Numbered from the stretch's first letter, positions 1 through 12,868 are shown. The stretch is 64,000 bases of DNA from Octopus bimaculoides (GCF_001194135.2 NC_068991.1:43169124-43233123); one strand, 5' to 3'. Translations and numbers: made by a program. Notes: generated by a model from the letters alone, not told the origin.

Positions 1-78
1 AGCTAGTCAATGTTTATTTGTTAAAGGTACCAGCAAAAAACATAAACATACCTACCTAAACCTACATATATGTGTGTG

Positions 79-81
<3 letters not shown>

Positions 82-151
<70 letters not shown>
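82..151. repeat. (CA)n(TA)n compound microsatellite, representative of dozens in the window
   Basis: Direct dinucleotide runs. Similar CA/TA/GA/TACA runs occur throughout and explain most HTHT/IYIY/CVCV ORFs in the track. Confidence 0.95.
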
Positions 152-158
<7 letters not shown>

Positions 159-399
159 AGTACATGCACATAGATACATATATACACACATACCCACATA
201 TATTAATACAAAAGTAGCGACAAGAGTAATATATACTCACACATACATACATGCATATAATTATAGCTAACTTAATATATACCCTCTTTTATATATACTT
301 GCATAATTATTATATATTATATAATACAGTATAACATCAATAATAACTTGAATAATAATTATTATTATTATGTCAGTAGGGGTATTTTAATACTAGGTT

Positions 400-820
400 C
401 TAGTGGTATTTGGAAAAGGTATGCCCAATTTTATGAAGACAGGAAATGTTGCATTCCTTAAAGCTGTTAATAAGTGGAATTTTAGTCCCAATTATTAAGA
501 AAATTTCATAAATACATAACATACATTTTCTATTTTTAGTATTATACGCGGGTGCTGTTGTTAATATTTTCCAATTTAAATTATAGTTAATTCCCCCATC
601 CTTAAGTTCCCATATATAGCTACTTAACCCTGTAGAATTTCTCCTATTTCTGTTTCTAAATGTATAGTTATGATAATTAAGTCTCTGTTTCATATTGTTT
701 TTTTGTCGCACTCACATATACCTTTCTGTCATATTGTGTACTTACTATACATTGATATACTACCTCCTTTCGAATGCAGTTATTATTAAATACACAATTA
801 TTACTTATTCTACAATCACA
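400..820 (-). mobile_element. Penelope-like element, GIY-YIG endonuclease C-terminal fragment (frameshifted)
   Basis: CDCRISNNCVFNNNCIRKEVVYQC..KVYVSAT, then in another frame KQRLNYH..STGLSSYIWELKD..NWKIL..KCMLCIYE..LINS.KE..SCLH. This is the Cys knuckle / VVY-YIG / CxLC-E-N-CxH pattern of PLE endonucleases. Confidence 0.85.
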
Positions 821-830
821 TGTTCTGTGA

Positions 831-1388
831 CCTATGCCAGTGGTGTAACCAGCCAACTTAGGCATACCTTTCTTTCACTGCTTGTGAAGACCTGTTGAGG
901 CAAGTGAAATTGAAACCAAATTCGATGACAGCACCGCATGACTGGCATCTGTGCTAGTGGAGCGCTTAGAGCACCATCCGAGCGTGATCGTTGCCAGGGC
1001 CACTGACTGGCCCTGTGCTGGTGGCACGTAAAATGCACCATTCGAGTGTGATCGTTACCAGCGTCGCCTTACTGGCACTTGTACCGGTGGGATGTGGAAA
1101 ACAACATTCGAGCGAAGGCATTGCCAGTGCCGCTGGACTGGCTCCTGTGCATGATACATAAAAACACCTTTTTGCCAGTACTACCTGACTTGCCGTCATG
1201 CCGGTGACATGTAAAAGCACTCACTACACTCTCGGAGTGTTTGGCGTTAGGAAGGGCATCCAGCAGTAGAAACTCTGCTAGATCAGATTGGAGCCTGGTG
1301 CAACCATCTGGCTCACCAGTCCCCAGTCAAACCGTCCAACCCATGCTAACATGGAAAGCGGACGTTAAATGATGATGATGATGATGAT
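831..1388 (+). mobile_element. RTE LINE 3' UTR fragment with tandem units and (GAT)n tail
   Basis: Matches the 3' UTR of the RTE at 34645-37633 (GGCGTTAGGAAGGGCATCCAG...CCAACCCATGCTAACATGGAAAGCGGACGTTAAATGATGATG). Confidence 0.85.
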
Positions 1389-1953
1389 ATAAATATATAT
1401 ACAAATTACTAACTCCCATATTTTTCAATTCTAATTTCCACCCCTAAAGTTTATATTACTTATCTCTTTTGGTTTTTCATTATATTCCTCTTTATTTGAT
1501 AATCTAAATAAGTATTGGCCACCCTCATCCTTCTTTCTTCCAGTTATCACCCCTTCTGCCATCAGACATTCTCTTACTACCAACCCTGCAACCTACCCTT
1601 TTATGTAGATAAAGCTAGATATATGGTTCCAGTACATTGGGAGTCTAGTAGATTGTCTGACATTAATTGATATATCACCATTAACTAGAATACAGTTGAC
1701 AACTCCCAATGGATTTAATTCTAAATGGTTAAGACTACATACTACATAAAGTCTTATAAATTTAAGTAACTATGTCACCACTCCTTTTATCTTGACCCCT
1801 CCACTATTTCCTCTGCTACTCTCTAAATTATAGAAGGCTAAACTCATTCAGCCACATATATAACAAAAGAAAACAATGTAAATATTTTGGCTTCTATTAT
1901 TGATGTAAATTTGTTAAAAAATTATTTATCCTTCATGTTTGAAGTCTATTCAG

Positions 1954-2039
1954 TCATCTGATGAGAGCGATTTTCTTTCAAATTAATGTAATGTTTTCAT
2001 TAATCCATTAAATGGAGGCGCTTGAAACAGCTGTAATGA
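1954..2039 (+). ncRNA. Minimal type I hammerhead ribozyme (PLE pLTR type), near-intact
   Basis: TCAT-CTGATGA-GAGCG...CGCTT-GAAAC-AGCT-GTA-ATGA. Stem I is TCAT/ATGA, both core boxes are intact, stem II is GAGCG/CGCTT, stem III is the palindrome ACAGCTGT, and the cleavage triplet is GUA. Confidence 0.75.
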
Positions 2040-2239
2040 ATTGACACATTTGTTACTTATATATCTACAGGTCACCTGACAGTAAATCAAAACCATTTAA
2101 TTCCAAGATTTATTTTTGTTTAACAACTGAATGAATTTAATAAAAGCATCTAAATATGAAACATCATGAAAATTGTTCAAACTGAAGTCCTTCTTGAGTG
2201 ACACATTCTTCCATTTGAGTCAATACAGAATTGCAGATA

Positions 2240-2475
2240 GTGAGCGTGGCCGTTGCCAGTACTGCCTGACTGGCCTTCGTGCGGGTGACACGTAAAAGCA
2301 CCCACTAAACTCTCTGAGTGGTTGGCGTTAGGAAGGGCATCCAGCTGTAGAAACTCTGTCAAATCAGATTGGAGCCTGGTGTAGCCATCTGGTTTCACCA
2401 GTCCTCAGTCAAATCGTCCAACCCATGCTAGCATGGAAAGCGGACGTTAAACGATGATGATGATGATGATGATGA
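2240..2475 (+). mobile_element. Orphan RTE 3' tail
   Basis: Same tail and (GAT)n end as 37440-37633. Further copies at about 3910-4295, 17637-17735(-), 19160-19320, 21715-22060(-), 49640-49950, 56960-57050, 57660-57865 and 63350-63460. Confidence 0.85.
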
Positions 2476-2523
2476 TTTATGGAATTTTGATTTACTGTCA
2501 GGTGACTTTTGGCCAAACCTCTC

Positions 2524-2570
<47 letters not shown>

Positions 2571-3150
2571 TGTAACACCCATACTAAGGGAACTAACTGT
2601 TAAGCAATGTTGGAAGGGAGATAACTCAAAATTTAGGCGGCAGAGGTGGGATGACTTGGAAATTCTAGAAGCTTGATTAAAAGGTGAGCAATTTTTAGTA
2701 ATTTTTCTCAGTGTGAAAAAAATAACGTTTTAAGGTAATTTGACAGAAAATGTCATTATATCATTGAAATTAAATGAGAAACAATCATTAATATCAAATT
2801 GCAGTTCTTATTTTGAATGTTAATCATTCATATGAAATTTAAGATGACCACTACCAATAACAACAATGGAAGACAGGTAATGATCTTACATTCCTGTGGT
2901 AGCAGACAGAAGGACGAATATCTTACAGGAGTAACAAACCAAATAGTTATTATGGATATACTGAAACATGAAATTTACCTTGATTCAAAGCATGAAAATA
3001 TTCGGTAACACTCAAAGTACTTAAACTGCACTATACTATTTCACTATTACACTATATTACTCTAAATGAAAAAGAAATATATGAATAAAACACTGACAAC
3101 AATCAACAATATCATCATCCACTCTTGCTGTCTTTATTATTCTAAACATA

Positions 3151-3345
3151 AGGTGGCTAGCTGACAGAATCATCAGCATGTCAGGCAAGATACTTAGTGA
3201 CATTTCGTCCGTCTTTACATTCTGAATTCAAATTCCACCAAGGTCAACTTAACTTTTCATCCTTTCAGATTAACTTAGATTGATGTAATTGACTTACTCC
3301 CTACCCTGAACTTGCTGGCCTTGTACCAAAATTTGAAACCAATGT
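3151..3345 (+). mobile_element. SINE family B copy
   Basis: GGTGGCTAGCTGACAGAATC...GAATTCAAATTCC...GGCCTTGTACCAAAATTTGAAACCAAT. Related copies at 3386-3601(-), about 7055-7240(-), 23390-23590(+) and 51295-51505(-). Confidence 0.75.
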
Positions 3346-3385
3346 TATTTTCAACATGCTTATCACATTATATAGTTTTTAGATA

Positions 3386-3601
3386 TTGATTTCAAATTTG
3401 GGCACAAGGCCAGCAATTTCAGGGGATGGTGTAAGTTGATTACATCAACCCCAGTACTCAACTGGTACTTATTTTATCGACCCTGAAAGGATGAAAGCAA
3501 TGTTGACCTTGGCAGTATTTGAACTCAGAATGTAAAGATGGATGAAATGCTGCAAAGCATTTTGTCCAACATGATAACGATTCTGCCAGCTCACCACCTT
3601 A
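3386..3601 (-). mobile_element. SINE family B copy, inverted tail-to-tail with 3151-3345
   Basis: Reverse complement of the same consensus (ATTGATTTCAAATTTGGGCACAAGGCC...CTGCCAGCTCACCACCTT). Confidence 0.75.
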
Positions 3602-4636
3602 CATAGTTTTTAGATGTTAACAAGAGAATTCAGATGTTTAGAATATATACTTTGTACAAAGCTAAGAATTTATAAATCAAAGCTGCTAATCTACTAAATA
3701 TCTATTACAGAAATATACAAGTCTTTCAATAATTCCTTTTTCATTAGCTTGTTACAACAAATCTGATGAAAGTAATGGGCAACAAATAATATCAGTTTGT
3801 GTGCTCTCTTGAAGTTAAAGTTTTGTGGTGCTTCAATGATTCTATTGGTTAAGGAACATTACTACTGCAAATTCTCTTCAATAATAAGCTCTCATACATT
3901 TCTAGATATGCCGTACTTGAGAAGACCCACCAAACCAAGTGAAACCATAGTCGTGGCTGATGCCGGTATCACATAACAGGCATGTAAAATGCACCCTTCA
4001 AACGTTGGGCCTCACAGAGGTAATACGATATGCTATGCTTGAAAAGACTCGTCAAATCAAATGAAATCATAGTTTGAGCCGATGCTAGTGTCATGTGACT
4101 GGTACTCATGATGGTGGCTCATAAAAAGCACCCATTACACTCTTGGAGTGATTGGCTTTAGAAGGGGCATCCAGCAGTAGAAACCACGCCAAATCAGATT
4201 GGAATATGCTACAGCTCTCCAGTTTATCAATTTCAGTCAAACTGTCTAACATATGCCAGCATGGAAAGCAGACACTAAATGATGATGATGATGATGCATT
4301 TCATGTATTTTTCATTCTAGCATGAATTGAGGAATTTTGCAGTATGACATCTCTCCAGTTATATTTGTCTTTGGTCAATACTTATCAGATTCCTCTTTTT
4401 CACAGATTCTAGTTAACTCACTTCACCTCCTCCAATTTTCCTGAAAGAAACTATCAATTACCACTTAAATGAGCAACTATCAATTACCACTTAAATGAGC
4501 ATTTTACATTTTTATCTATTTTGAGATAAGTGTGAATAAAAACGTGCCTTTAAGGGCCCTATTTTAGTTGTGCTATGCACTAAAATGAATATATGTATTA
4601 ATAAAATAATAAAGACAGTCTGTAGCAAGCACTTAC

Positions 4637-4695
4637 TTAGTTTGTCAGCAGCTGCTTTTTCTTCTGCATCATAGTACCATACTGTAATTGCATAG
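4637..4695 (-). CDS. EGLN1: EGLN1/PHD2 coding exon 4 (59 bp)
   Basis: ttctgttcag|C TAT GCA ATT ACA GTA TGG TAC TAT GAT GCA... translates to (R)YAITVWYYDAEEKAAADKL, followed by A|gtaagt. The leading C completes the CG left by exon 3 to give the 2-oxoglutarate-binding Arg. Confidence 0.93.
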
Positions 4696-6309
4696 CTGAA
4701 CAGAAAATTAAAACATTGTACATTGATATTAGTAATGTTATATAAAACCTTGTAATGATAATATAGCTCTTATAATAACTAGTAATAAGGATTTCTCACA
4801 GTCACAACAGCACAGCAGGATAACCAAACAACCAACTCTAGAACTTGACTTCTGGCTCTGACAGTTTTATAAACTTAGAATATAGACATGAATATTGTAG
4901 AATATATTTTTGTGCTATGGGGTAAGAAAAGTTACATGTTTCAGGTATTACCTTTTACCATAGAGAGATAAAACACCAAAAAGTATCCACCATTTGAACT
5001 ATTTGTGTTACTATTTGCTGACACAGAACTTCACTGAATTCTTCAGGTTCTCACCATTTTATTGCTCTACTGATTCTGCTGTTCTTTTAAATTTCTAACT
5101 TTTAATAAAGATTTTAACTAGACACAAGACTTTATTTGTAAAAGAGCAAAATAAATCATAGTTTGTAATTACATTTTTCTGGCAACCTTGAACAATTAAT
5201 CCCAATGAGAATTGAACTCAGAACAGGAATTGGGATACAATAAAAATTCCAGTCTGTCTCTCAACTAACTATTTTATTACAGCCCCTATGATAACAAGCA
5301 ATTGTTACTGTTAACCCCTCACATCAAGTCAGACTCATTAGGCACACCTATGATCACAGATATTTCAGTCATAACGACTTCATCATTTTGTGTATCAGGG
5401 ACCACATTATTCAATATGACCTATATTTTTTTTAAGAGAACAGAGCATGATTTGAAAGAAATCCGGCTGTTATTTCTAGCAGATTGAGAAACCACGTAGA
5501 GACGTTTTTGTTAACTCACGATAGCATAGTCTTTACAGCATGTAGGACAGAGTGAAATGATTTACTTGATGTTTTCTATTTGTTAGTCAATCACACACAC
5601 ACACACACACACACACACNNNNNNNNNNNNNNNNNNNNNNNNNNNNNNNNNNNNNNNNNNNNNNNNNNNNNNNNNNNNNNNNNNNNNNNNNNNNNNNNNN
5701 NNNNNNNNNNNNNNNNNNNNNNNNNNNNNNNNNNNNNNNNNNNNNNNNNNNNNNNNNNNNNNNNNNNNNNNNNNNNNNNNNNNNNNNNNNNNNNNNNNNN
5801 NNNNNNNNNNNNNNNNNNNNNNNNNNNNNNNNNNNNNNNNNNNNNNNNNNNNNNNNNNNNNNNNNNNNNNNNNNNNNNNNNNNNNNNNNNNNNNNNNNNN
5901 NNNNNNNNNNNNNNNNNNNNNNNNNNNNNNNNNNNNNNNNNNNNNNNNNNNNNNNNNNNNNNNNNNNNNNNNNNNNNNNNNNNNNNNNNNNNNNNNNNNN
6001 NNNNNNNNNNNNNNNNNNNNNNNNNNNNNNNNNNNNNNNNNNNNNNNNNNNNNNNNNNNNNNNNNNNNNNNNNNNNNNNNNNNNNNNNNNNNNNNNNNNN
6101 NNNNNNNNNNNNNNNNNNNNNNNNNNNNNNNNNNNNNNNNNNNNNNNNNNNNNNNNNNNNNNNNNNNNNNNNNNNNNNNNNNNNNNNNNNNNNNNNNNNN
6201 NNNNNNNNNNNNNNNNNNNNNNNNNNNNNNNNNNNNNNNNNNNNNNNNNNNNNNNNNNNNNNNNNNNNNNNNNNNNNNNNNNNNNNNNNNNNNNNNNNNN
6301 NNNNNNNNN

Positions 6310-6662
6310 GCCATGCTGGAGCACCGCCTTTAGTCGAGCAAATTGACCCCAGGACTTATTCTTTGGATGCCTAGGACTTATTCTATCAGTCTCTTTTGCT
6401 GAACCACTAAGTTACATGGATGTAAACACACCACCATCGGTTGCCAAGCGATGTTGGGGGGACAAACACAGACACACAAACATATATATATACATATATA
6501 CGGTGGACTTCTTTCAGTTTCTGTTTACCAAATCCACACACAAGGCTTTGGTCGGCCCGAGGCTATTGTAGAAGACACTTGCCCAAGGTGTCACACAGTG
6601 GGAATGAACTTGGAACCATGTGGTTGGTAAGCAAGCTACTTACCACACAGCCACTCCTATGC
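6310..6662 (-). mobile_element. tRNA-derived SINE family A copy
   Basis: Reverse complement of the copy at 38826-39208. Other copies at about 8870-9020, 12965-13268(-), 19330-19460(-), 19850-21270(-, gapped), 23785-23940, 23990-24385(-), 26280-26850, 42190-42540(-), 57170-57300(-) and 59897-60300. Confidence 0.85.
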
Positions 6663-7002
6663 CTATTTGTACATTAAATTTGCATTTATGTGATATGAGC
6701 ATAATTTCATCAAAGAAAAAACAGATGTACTTTGGGAGGTTATATGTGGACTTATCAATTCATTTCAGCAAAGTCTGCTGATGAAACAGCTGTAAGAAGC
6801 GAAGATGACCAATTTGTTAATAATAGATAACTGTTAACTTCCTTATCTCCATTTTCTTTTCTTCTTTTAACTGGATATAAGCTATATGCTTAATATATAC
6901 CTATTGTTTTAAGGGAATTTCATTCCCCAACAATACTAGGTATTGAACCAGTATTTCCTTAGATGTAACCATCCATTCATGAGGTTAATATATCCTCCAA
7001 TT

Positions 7003-7038
<36 letters not shown>

Positions 7039-7354
7039 GTAAGAGCTGTATAATATATTGGTTTCAAATTTTGACACAAGGCTAGCAAAATTCAGGAGAA
7101 CATGTAAATCAATTACATTGACCCCAGTACTCAACTGGTACTTATTTTATTTGATCCCGAAAGGAAGAAACCATGAAAAAAAAAAAACATGGCNNNNNNN
7201 NNNGGCATGCTAACAATTCTGCTAGCTCACTGCCTAAGAGTTGTAAGATATATTAAAAATATATTTTATGTAATACAAACATTACCTGATACAAAACTTA
7301 ATACACACTGTAAGCTGTCATGAACAGTCCAGCCCAGGGTGATTTAGGTTTACA

Positions 7355-7397
<43 letters not shown>

Positions 7398-7933
7398 GTA
7401 TGTATGTATGTATGTATGTATTAGAAATATGGATAAGATAATAAAATTAAAACTGCTGTAGAAAGCAGTGGGAAGAAAGGTGAAACTAAGTGTAATGCAG
7501 GTTAAGTGAAAGGAGAAATAGTTTTCACATAGGGTAAGTACAGTCAGTAACTTCAGATATAATAGCAAGGAGTGGGAATATATGGTCGTTGAGTATTAGT
7601 AAGAAAATGTTTGTTTAACAAACATTTTGGCTTAGACATAATCAAAAATGTGAATGTGCTTTGGTACTTGTCCTAGATCTGTAATCTTGTACAGAGCATA
7701 TATGTAATTTGTAAAAAGTTATCTGACAACAGGATTATCAATTTGAATAACTATGTTTAGTAATCATGACTTGGTACTGCTTAAACTGTTGACTTGAAAG
7801 TTTTAAAGTAAACATCATACAATGGTAGAGAGAAAGAAAGAAAAGGCTGAAGTCCAAGAAAGAAAGAAAAGGCTGAGGTCCAAGAAAGAAAGAATATATG
7901 CTGAGTAAAAATAGAAAACAAAATAGTTATTTA

Positions 7934-8122
<189 letters not shown>

Positions 8123-8325
8123 CTAAGAAAATTCTTAACATTAATTTTAGCACTCCCAGTTTTATCAATAACTAGGTTTTTACTTGTCACTACGCTGCTA
8201 GTAAAAATATTTGTTAATCATGCACATACATTGTCTTAATAGTAGACTGTTATATAGTGAAAGTCTTGCTAGTTACTAAGGTGACAATATACTACCTATC
8301 TATCTTTTACACACAGACACACACG

Positions 8326-8356
<31 letters not shown>

Positions 8357-10020
8357 CACAACTTGTTTTTTTTTCTTCTTGAAACAAATTTTAATTCTAT
8401 CATTTAAACACACTTTCTTTCTCTCTCTCTTTCTCTCTCTTAAGAACAACCTGTTGTTATAGTGAAAGTCTTTTTAAAGTCTGTGTTGCATTGTCTCTAT
8501 GTTGAAAGACATACAGAAACACACACACAAACAGCCAAAAAAATCCTATCTATATTGTTATATAGTGAAAGTCTTCTTTTTTTAAAGTCTGTGTTGCATT
8601 GTGTTGACAGACTTGCACTTAAAATTCCCATGTATTTTATCAAAACTTTTTAATTATAATGTGACAACACAACCTATCTATCTATCTTTCACACACACTC
8701 TCACTATTTCACTGTATTTCTCTCTCTCAACAACATTTTCTCCTCTCTTTCTTCCCCTCCTTCAAATATATCTTGTGACAGACAGACGGACAGACAGTCA
8801 GAGATCAGCCTCTCTTTATAAAATAAGATTTTAGTTCGCTTTATTTATTTTTTTTATTTAATAGACACTGGCATGGCTGCATAGTTAAGAAGTTTGCTTC
8901 CTAACCACATGATTTCAGGTTCAATCCCACTATGTGGAACCTTGAGCAAGTGTCTTCTACTAAAGCCCTGGGTCAACCAAAGCGTTGTAAATGAATCTGG
9001 TAGATGGACGGTGTGTTTGTCTCCTTGTTTTTCATTAAATGATACTTATAAACAAATATCACTATCATAAAAGCAGTGACCATCGTTTCCAATTTTCTGT
9101 GAAAACATATCTAGCTTGTTTGTTAACAGGTAAGAGTTGATGACAAGGGCCTTTGGCTGTAGAAAATCTGCTTCAAAAATTCCATCTGGCTCATGCAAGC
9201 ATGAAAAAGTGGGCATTAAACTGATGACAAAGTAGTTGCAATAAATTTTCAGTGAAAAAAGACTCAATAGACACTTTGTAAAGTTATTTAAATGGCTACC
9301 AAGATATGAAAGCTACTAATTCTGAATTTCATTCCTGAAAAGTTTGATGCATTCAAATCTTGTCACAAAACACTGTGGTACATAAATTACTCTAATTCTC
9401 TCTGTTAATTTAGTCAAATATATCATCATCATTTAACATCTAGCTTCTATGCTGATATGGGCTAAATGTTTGACAGGATCTGACAAGTCAGAGGACTGCA
9501 TCATGCATTAATGTCTTCTTTGGTTGGGTTTCTACAGCTGGATGCCATTCTTAACGCCAAAATGTTAACACTCTTTATAGTGCAAAATACCTGAATATTT
9601 GAGAAGTATAAAAATTTAAATGTGAAACAATTAAAGAATAAATTATTTTCTATTCTCAATGGCATTTGAAACTGCATACTAACTTTTCAATGAAACAATA
9701 TTTTTAATGAGGAATTTTAATAACCACAATGTTCCAGTATATGTTGTCTGTATATTTTGTGAAATGATTGTCCTCAGGTACTATTGTAGTTACTGGTAGA
9801 ATACTTAAAGTAATCATGATATGATAACAATATATACTAATTTAAATGTGAAACAATGAAAGACTAAGTTATTTTCTCTCTTCCATGACATTTAAAACCA
9901 CAAACTATCTTTTTGGAAATATGATTTTTAAATGAGAAATGTTAATAACATATATCAGACTGCTCCTGTACAATGTTCATAGCCCAACCTCATTCTAAGG
10001 CCTCAAAATATATCCTTGCA

Positions 10021-10815
10021 ACATATCATGAAGCTTGCCAAATAAGATACCTCTTGGAAGATAATGCAGACTGGAACAGTATGTTGAAAGAGGTTGAAGT
10101 TCACATTTTCTAAACAAGGTGAAGAACTTCATTGTTAACATTTTCTGTGCCAATTCACCATCTAATACTTAGCAACTCTAATGTAATCTCCAAGACCACA
10201 CGACAGAAGACATACTGTATCATACAAAACAAAGCTCAGAAAACCCACATCAAGAGTTAACCTCTACCAAGTACAACCAGAGACTAAACCTCATTGAAAA
10301 TACTGTTCAGCCCATGGCTGACAAGATCTTGAACAGTGTCCCAGCTCCAGGATGAATTGCAGCTGCAACTCTCAGTCATGAGATTTTTCAGCTAACCAGC
10401 TATGACATTCAGCAAATGGAGCAAAATGTATGCCAAAATGAGTTACTCTTAGAGCCAGATACAAAAAAAAAAAGAGCTTAAAAAACATCAAACAACTGAT
10501 GTCACCTGACTCCAGAGGAATAATTTTCCTTGATATTACTAGTGGAACAGGAAAAACTAATTTCAACAAAGTCTGTTCACTTGAGCAAATTTCTATGGAA
10601 TTAGATTTATCTGAAATTGTTGTAACCATGCTCACAAGGAGTAGGACTTCTCATACTGCTTTTAAGCTGCCATTCAACCTTTCAAATAATGACAACCCAG
10701 TGTTCAATATTTATAAAGGATCTGGACAGGATGAGGTTCTGAAGTAGACCAAACTGACAGCATAAAGAGTGTGCATAATGACACATAGACTTGCATTTGA
10801 GGTCCTCTATCATAC
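10021..10815 (+). mobile_element. Helitron RepHel (PIF1-like helicase) remnant
   Basis: TYHEACQIRYLLEDNADWNSMLKE at 10021, then IIFLDITSGTGKT (Walker A) and LTRSRTSHTAFKLPFNL..NPVFNIYKGS. Stops and deletions are present. Confidence 0.8.
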
Positions 10816-10972
10816 CTGAATAAACTGAATAATTAAGTGGTTGAGGGTAAGTCCAGGAGTTGTTAATTCAATGCCTGAATAGTGGCAGGAGGGATCAGAT
10901 GAGGGAATTTCCAATGAGAGAAGATCATGAAGTGATTAGAAATTAAAAATGGGGACTTAAGGCTTATAGTAT

Positions 10973-12490
10973 TTAAAGGTTTTAATCAGTTTACGCATAC
11001 AAGTTGGTTTGAATTCTGATCTTTTATTAACTAGCTTGTCCTTTTCAGGGAATCTAATGATTTTCAATAGTTCTAAGGAACATAACTGGCAACCAGTTCT
11101 ATTATTTTTATAAATCGCTGCCGATCCAACTATGGACCACCTAAGGTTAAAGTTAATATTTTCGTCTTTAAGTTCCCATATTCTACGTGATAACGAAGTG
11201 CTATTAGCCTAATGCTTAAGTCTAAATGATGACCTATGGTTATAGAACCTAGATTTCCAGGACGATGAGCAACCAAGGTAGGTGAGAGTATTTGCTTCCG
11301 TAATTATTTCACAAAAGTAGACTATGTTTTTTGCTAGGCAGTTTCCAAGTAAAGGACATGTTGTTGTTACACAATTGCATCCAAATTTATAATTGCCAAG
11401 CCATCTAATGCTTGCATGTGGAGGGAAACTGTTTATAGAATTGTTATCTTGATTACTTCTAGGGTAGTTAGAGTTTACACCTACACTGTCGTTACTATTA
11501 TTGTTATTACCTCTATTGGAGTTGTTTCAAGTTTCACTACCTCTATTCTTTCTGCCGTTAATACTGGTGCTATATTTATTAGCCTTATCAACATTATTAT
11601 TATTAATTATATTGGAATTGTGATGAGTATAATTATTGCCGTAATTACTGTTTGAGGTGGAACTGGTTATTCTATTAGTAGTAGCAGTATCGTTATTTAA
11701 CGCGGAAGTACTATAGAGTGTGCCACTATTCTGTGTTGGGTCTAGGTTTAGTGATTCATCTAGTGTACTGTGATTCGATATTTGGATAGCGTTATTGGGC
11801 CTAATAATGTTGTTGTCATTACAATTACTATTATTACTACCATTATCAACAACATTATTATTCTCAGGATTATTAATTTGGATACTATCATTATTAATTC
11901 CTGGATTTTTGGGGTTAGACTGATTATTATTGTTTGTTCTTAATCTAGCTTTTTTTAATTTTGGTTTTATTATGTTTAGATATAAGGCATTTCATATTGG
12001 GGAGAGTCAAATATGAGATTCTAATAGTTTTAGTGGAAAGAATACTGCTATATTTATGAATGGGTGGAAAGTTATTGGATATAATTGAAAATATTTTCTT
12101 GCATAATTTTCCTGTAACTGCTACATTATATGATATGTTATACCATATATAGTTGCGTAATTTACTGTTCTTATGTTTAGGAATTCTTTTATTGTTATTA
12201 TTACTCCTATCGTTATGGTTTTCTCTAACTGAACTATCATCGGTGTGATTTTTTTCTTTATGTTTTTTTAATCTAAAGTCTATTTGTATTTATGCTGGTT
12301 GTATCTGTGCTTTCATTTTTGCTTTTATTAGACTTATTTACTATACCTCCGTTTAAACAATCAACTCTAGAATTACTAATTTGTTTAAATGACGGAGCTT
12401 TACTAATGATTGATGCTTTAGGTGGTTTACAATTTAAGTTTTTAACAAAAGAGATTTTTTGAGAGTACCCAGTGTTAGAGAGGGCTTGAT

Positions 12491-12492
<2 letters not shown>
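10973..12492 (-). mobile_element. Penelope-like element 3' portion (RT C-terminus plus GIY-YIG), with stops and frameshifts
   Basis: HNQALSNTGYSQKISF...RNYIWYN..FPPIHKY..KTIRISY..PNMKCLISKHNK, a long Asn-rich linker, then GCNCVTTTCPLLGNCLAKNIVYFC..TYLG..KSRFYNHRSSF..STSLSRRIWELKD..CQLCSLE..LVNKRSE, ending at a TAA at 10973-10975. There is a premature TAG at 11209-11211. Confidence 0.9.
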
Positions 12493-12569
<77 letters not shown>

Positions 12570-12741
12570 GGATACAGATATTCTTTGCTCACTGTCACCA
12601 AGCATCTCAATTCTTCAGCCGTAACTAGTTTGTGATCAAGGTTTTTTATTTTGCAAACTATTATTTTTTACTCGAATTTGTGATTTCAGAGAAAGGTAAG
12701 AAATTCCTCACATTTTGCATTTTTGGTATTTTGACTTTGTA

Positions 12742-12868
12742 CAGGGTGTCCACAAAGTCTGGGTACATGGAGTAAATAAAATCATAACATAAACAATTAA
12801 ATATAAGAAATAATAATTTCTTAAAGTATGTGTTAATCCCCATGTACCCAGACTTTGAGGACACCCTG
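12742..12868. mobile_element. Tc1/mariner-type MITE (127 bp)
   Basis: TIRs CAGGGTGTCCACAAAGTCTGGGTACATGG / CCATGTACCCAGACTTTGAGGACACCCTG, flanked by TA on both sides. Confidence 0.9.

Noticed and set aside
2800-3800. Candidate EGLN1 exon 5 acceptors (e.g. ttactttcatcag|ATTTGTTGTAA near 3760)
   Set aside because: There are several possible AGs and no recognisable homology, so none can be chosen without transcripts.
5580-6374. Long ORFs spanning N runs (also 16234-17018, 19859-21183, 28806-29379, 30384-31031, 54361-54721)
   Set aside because: They are artefacts of translating assembly gaps.
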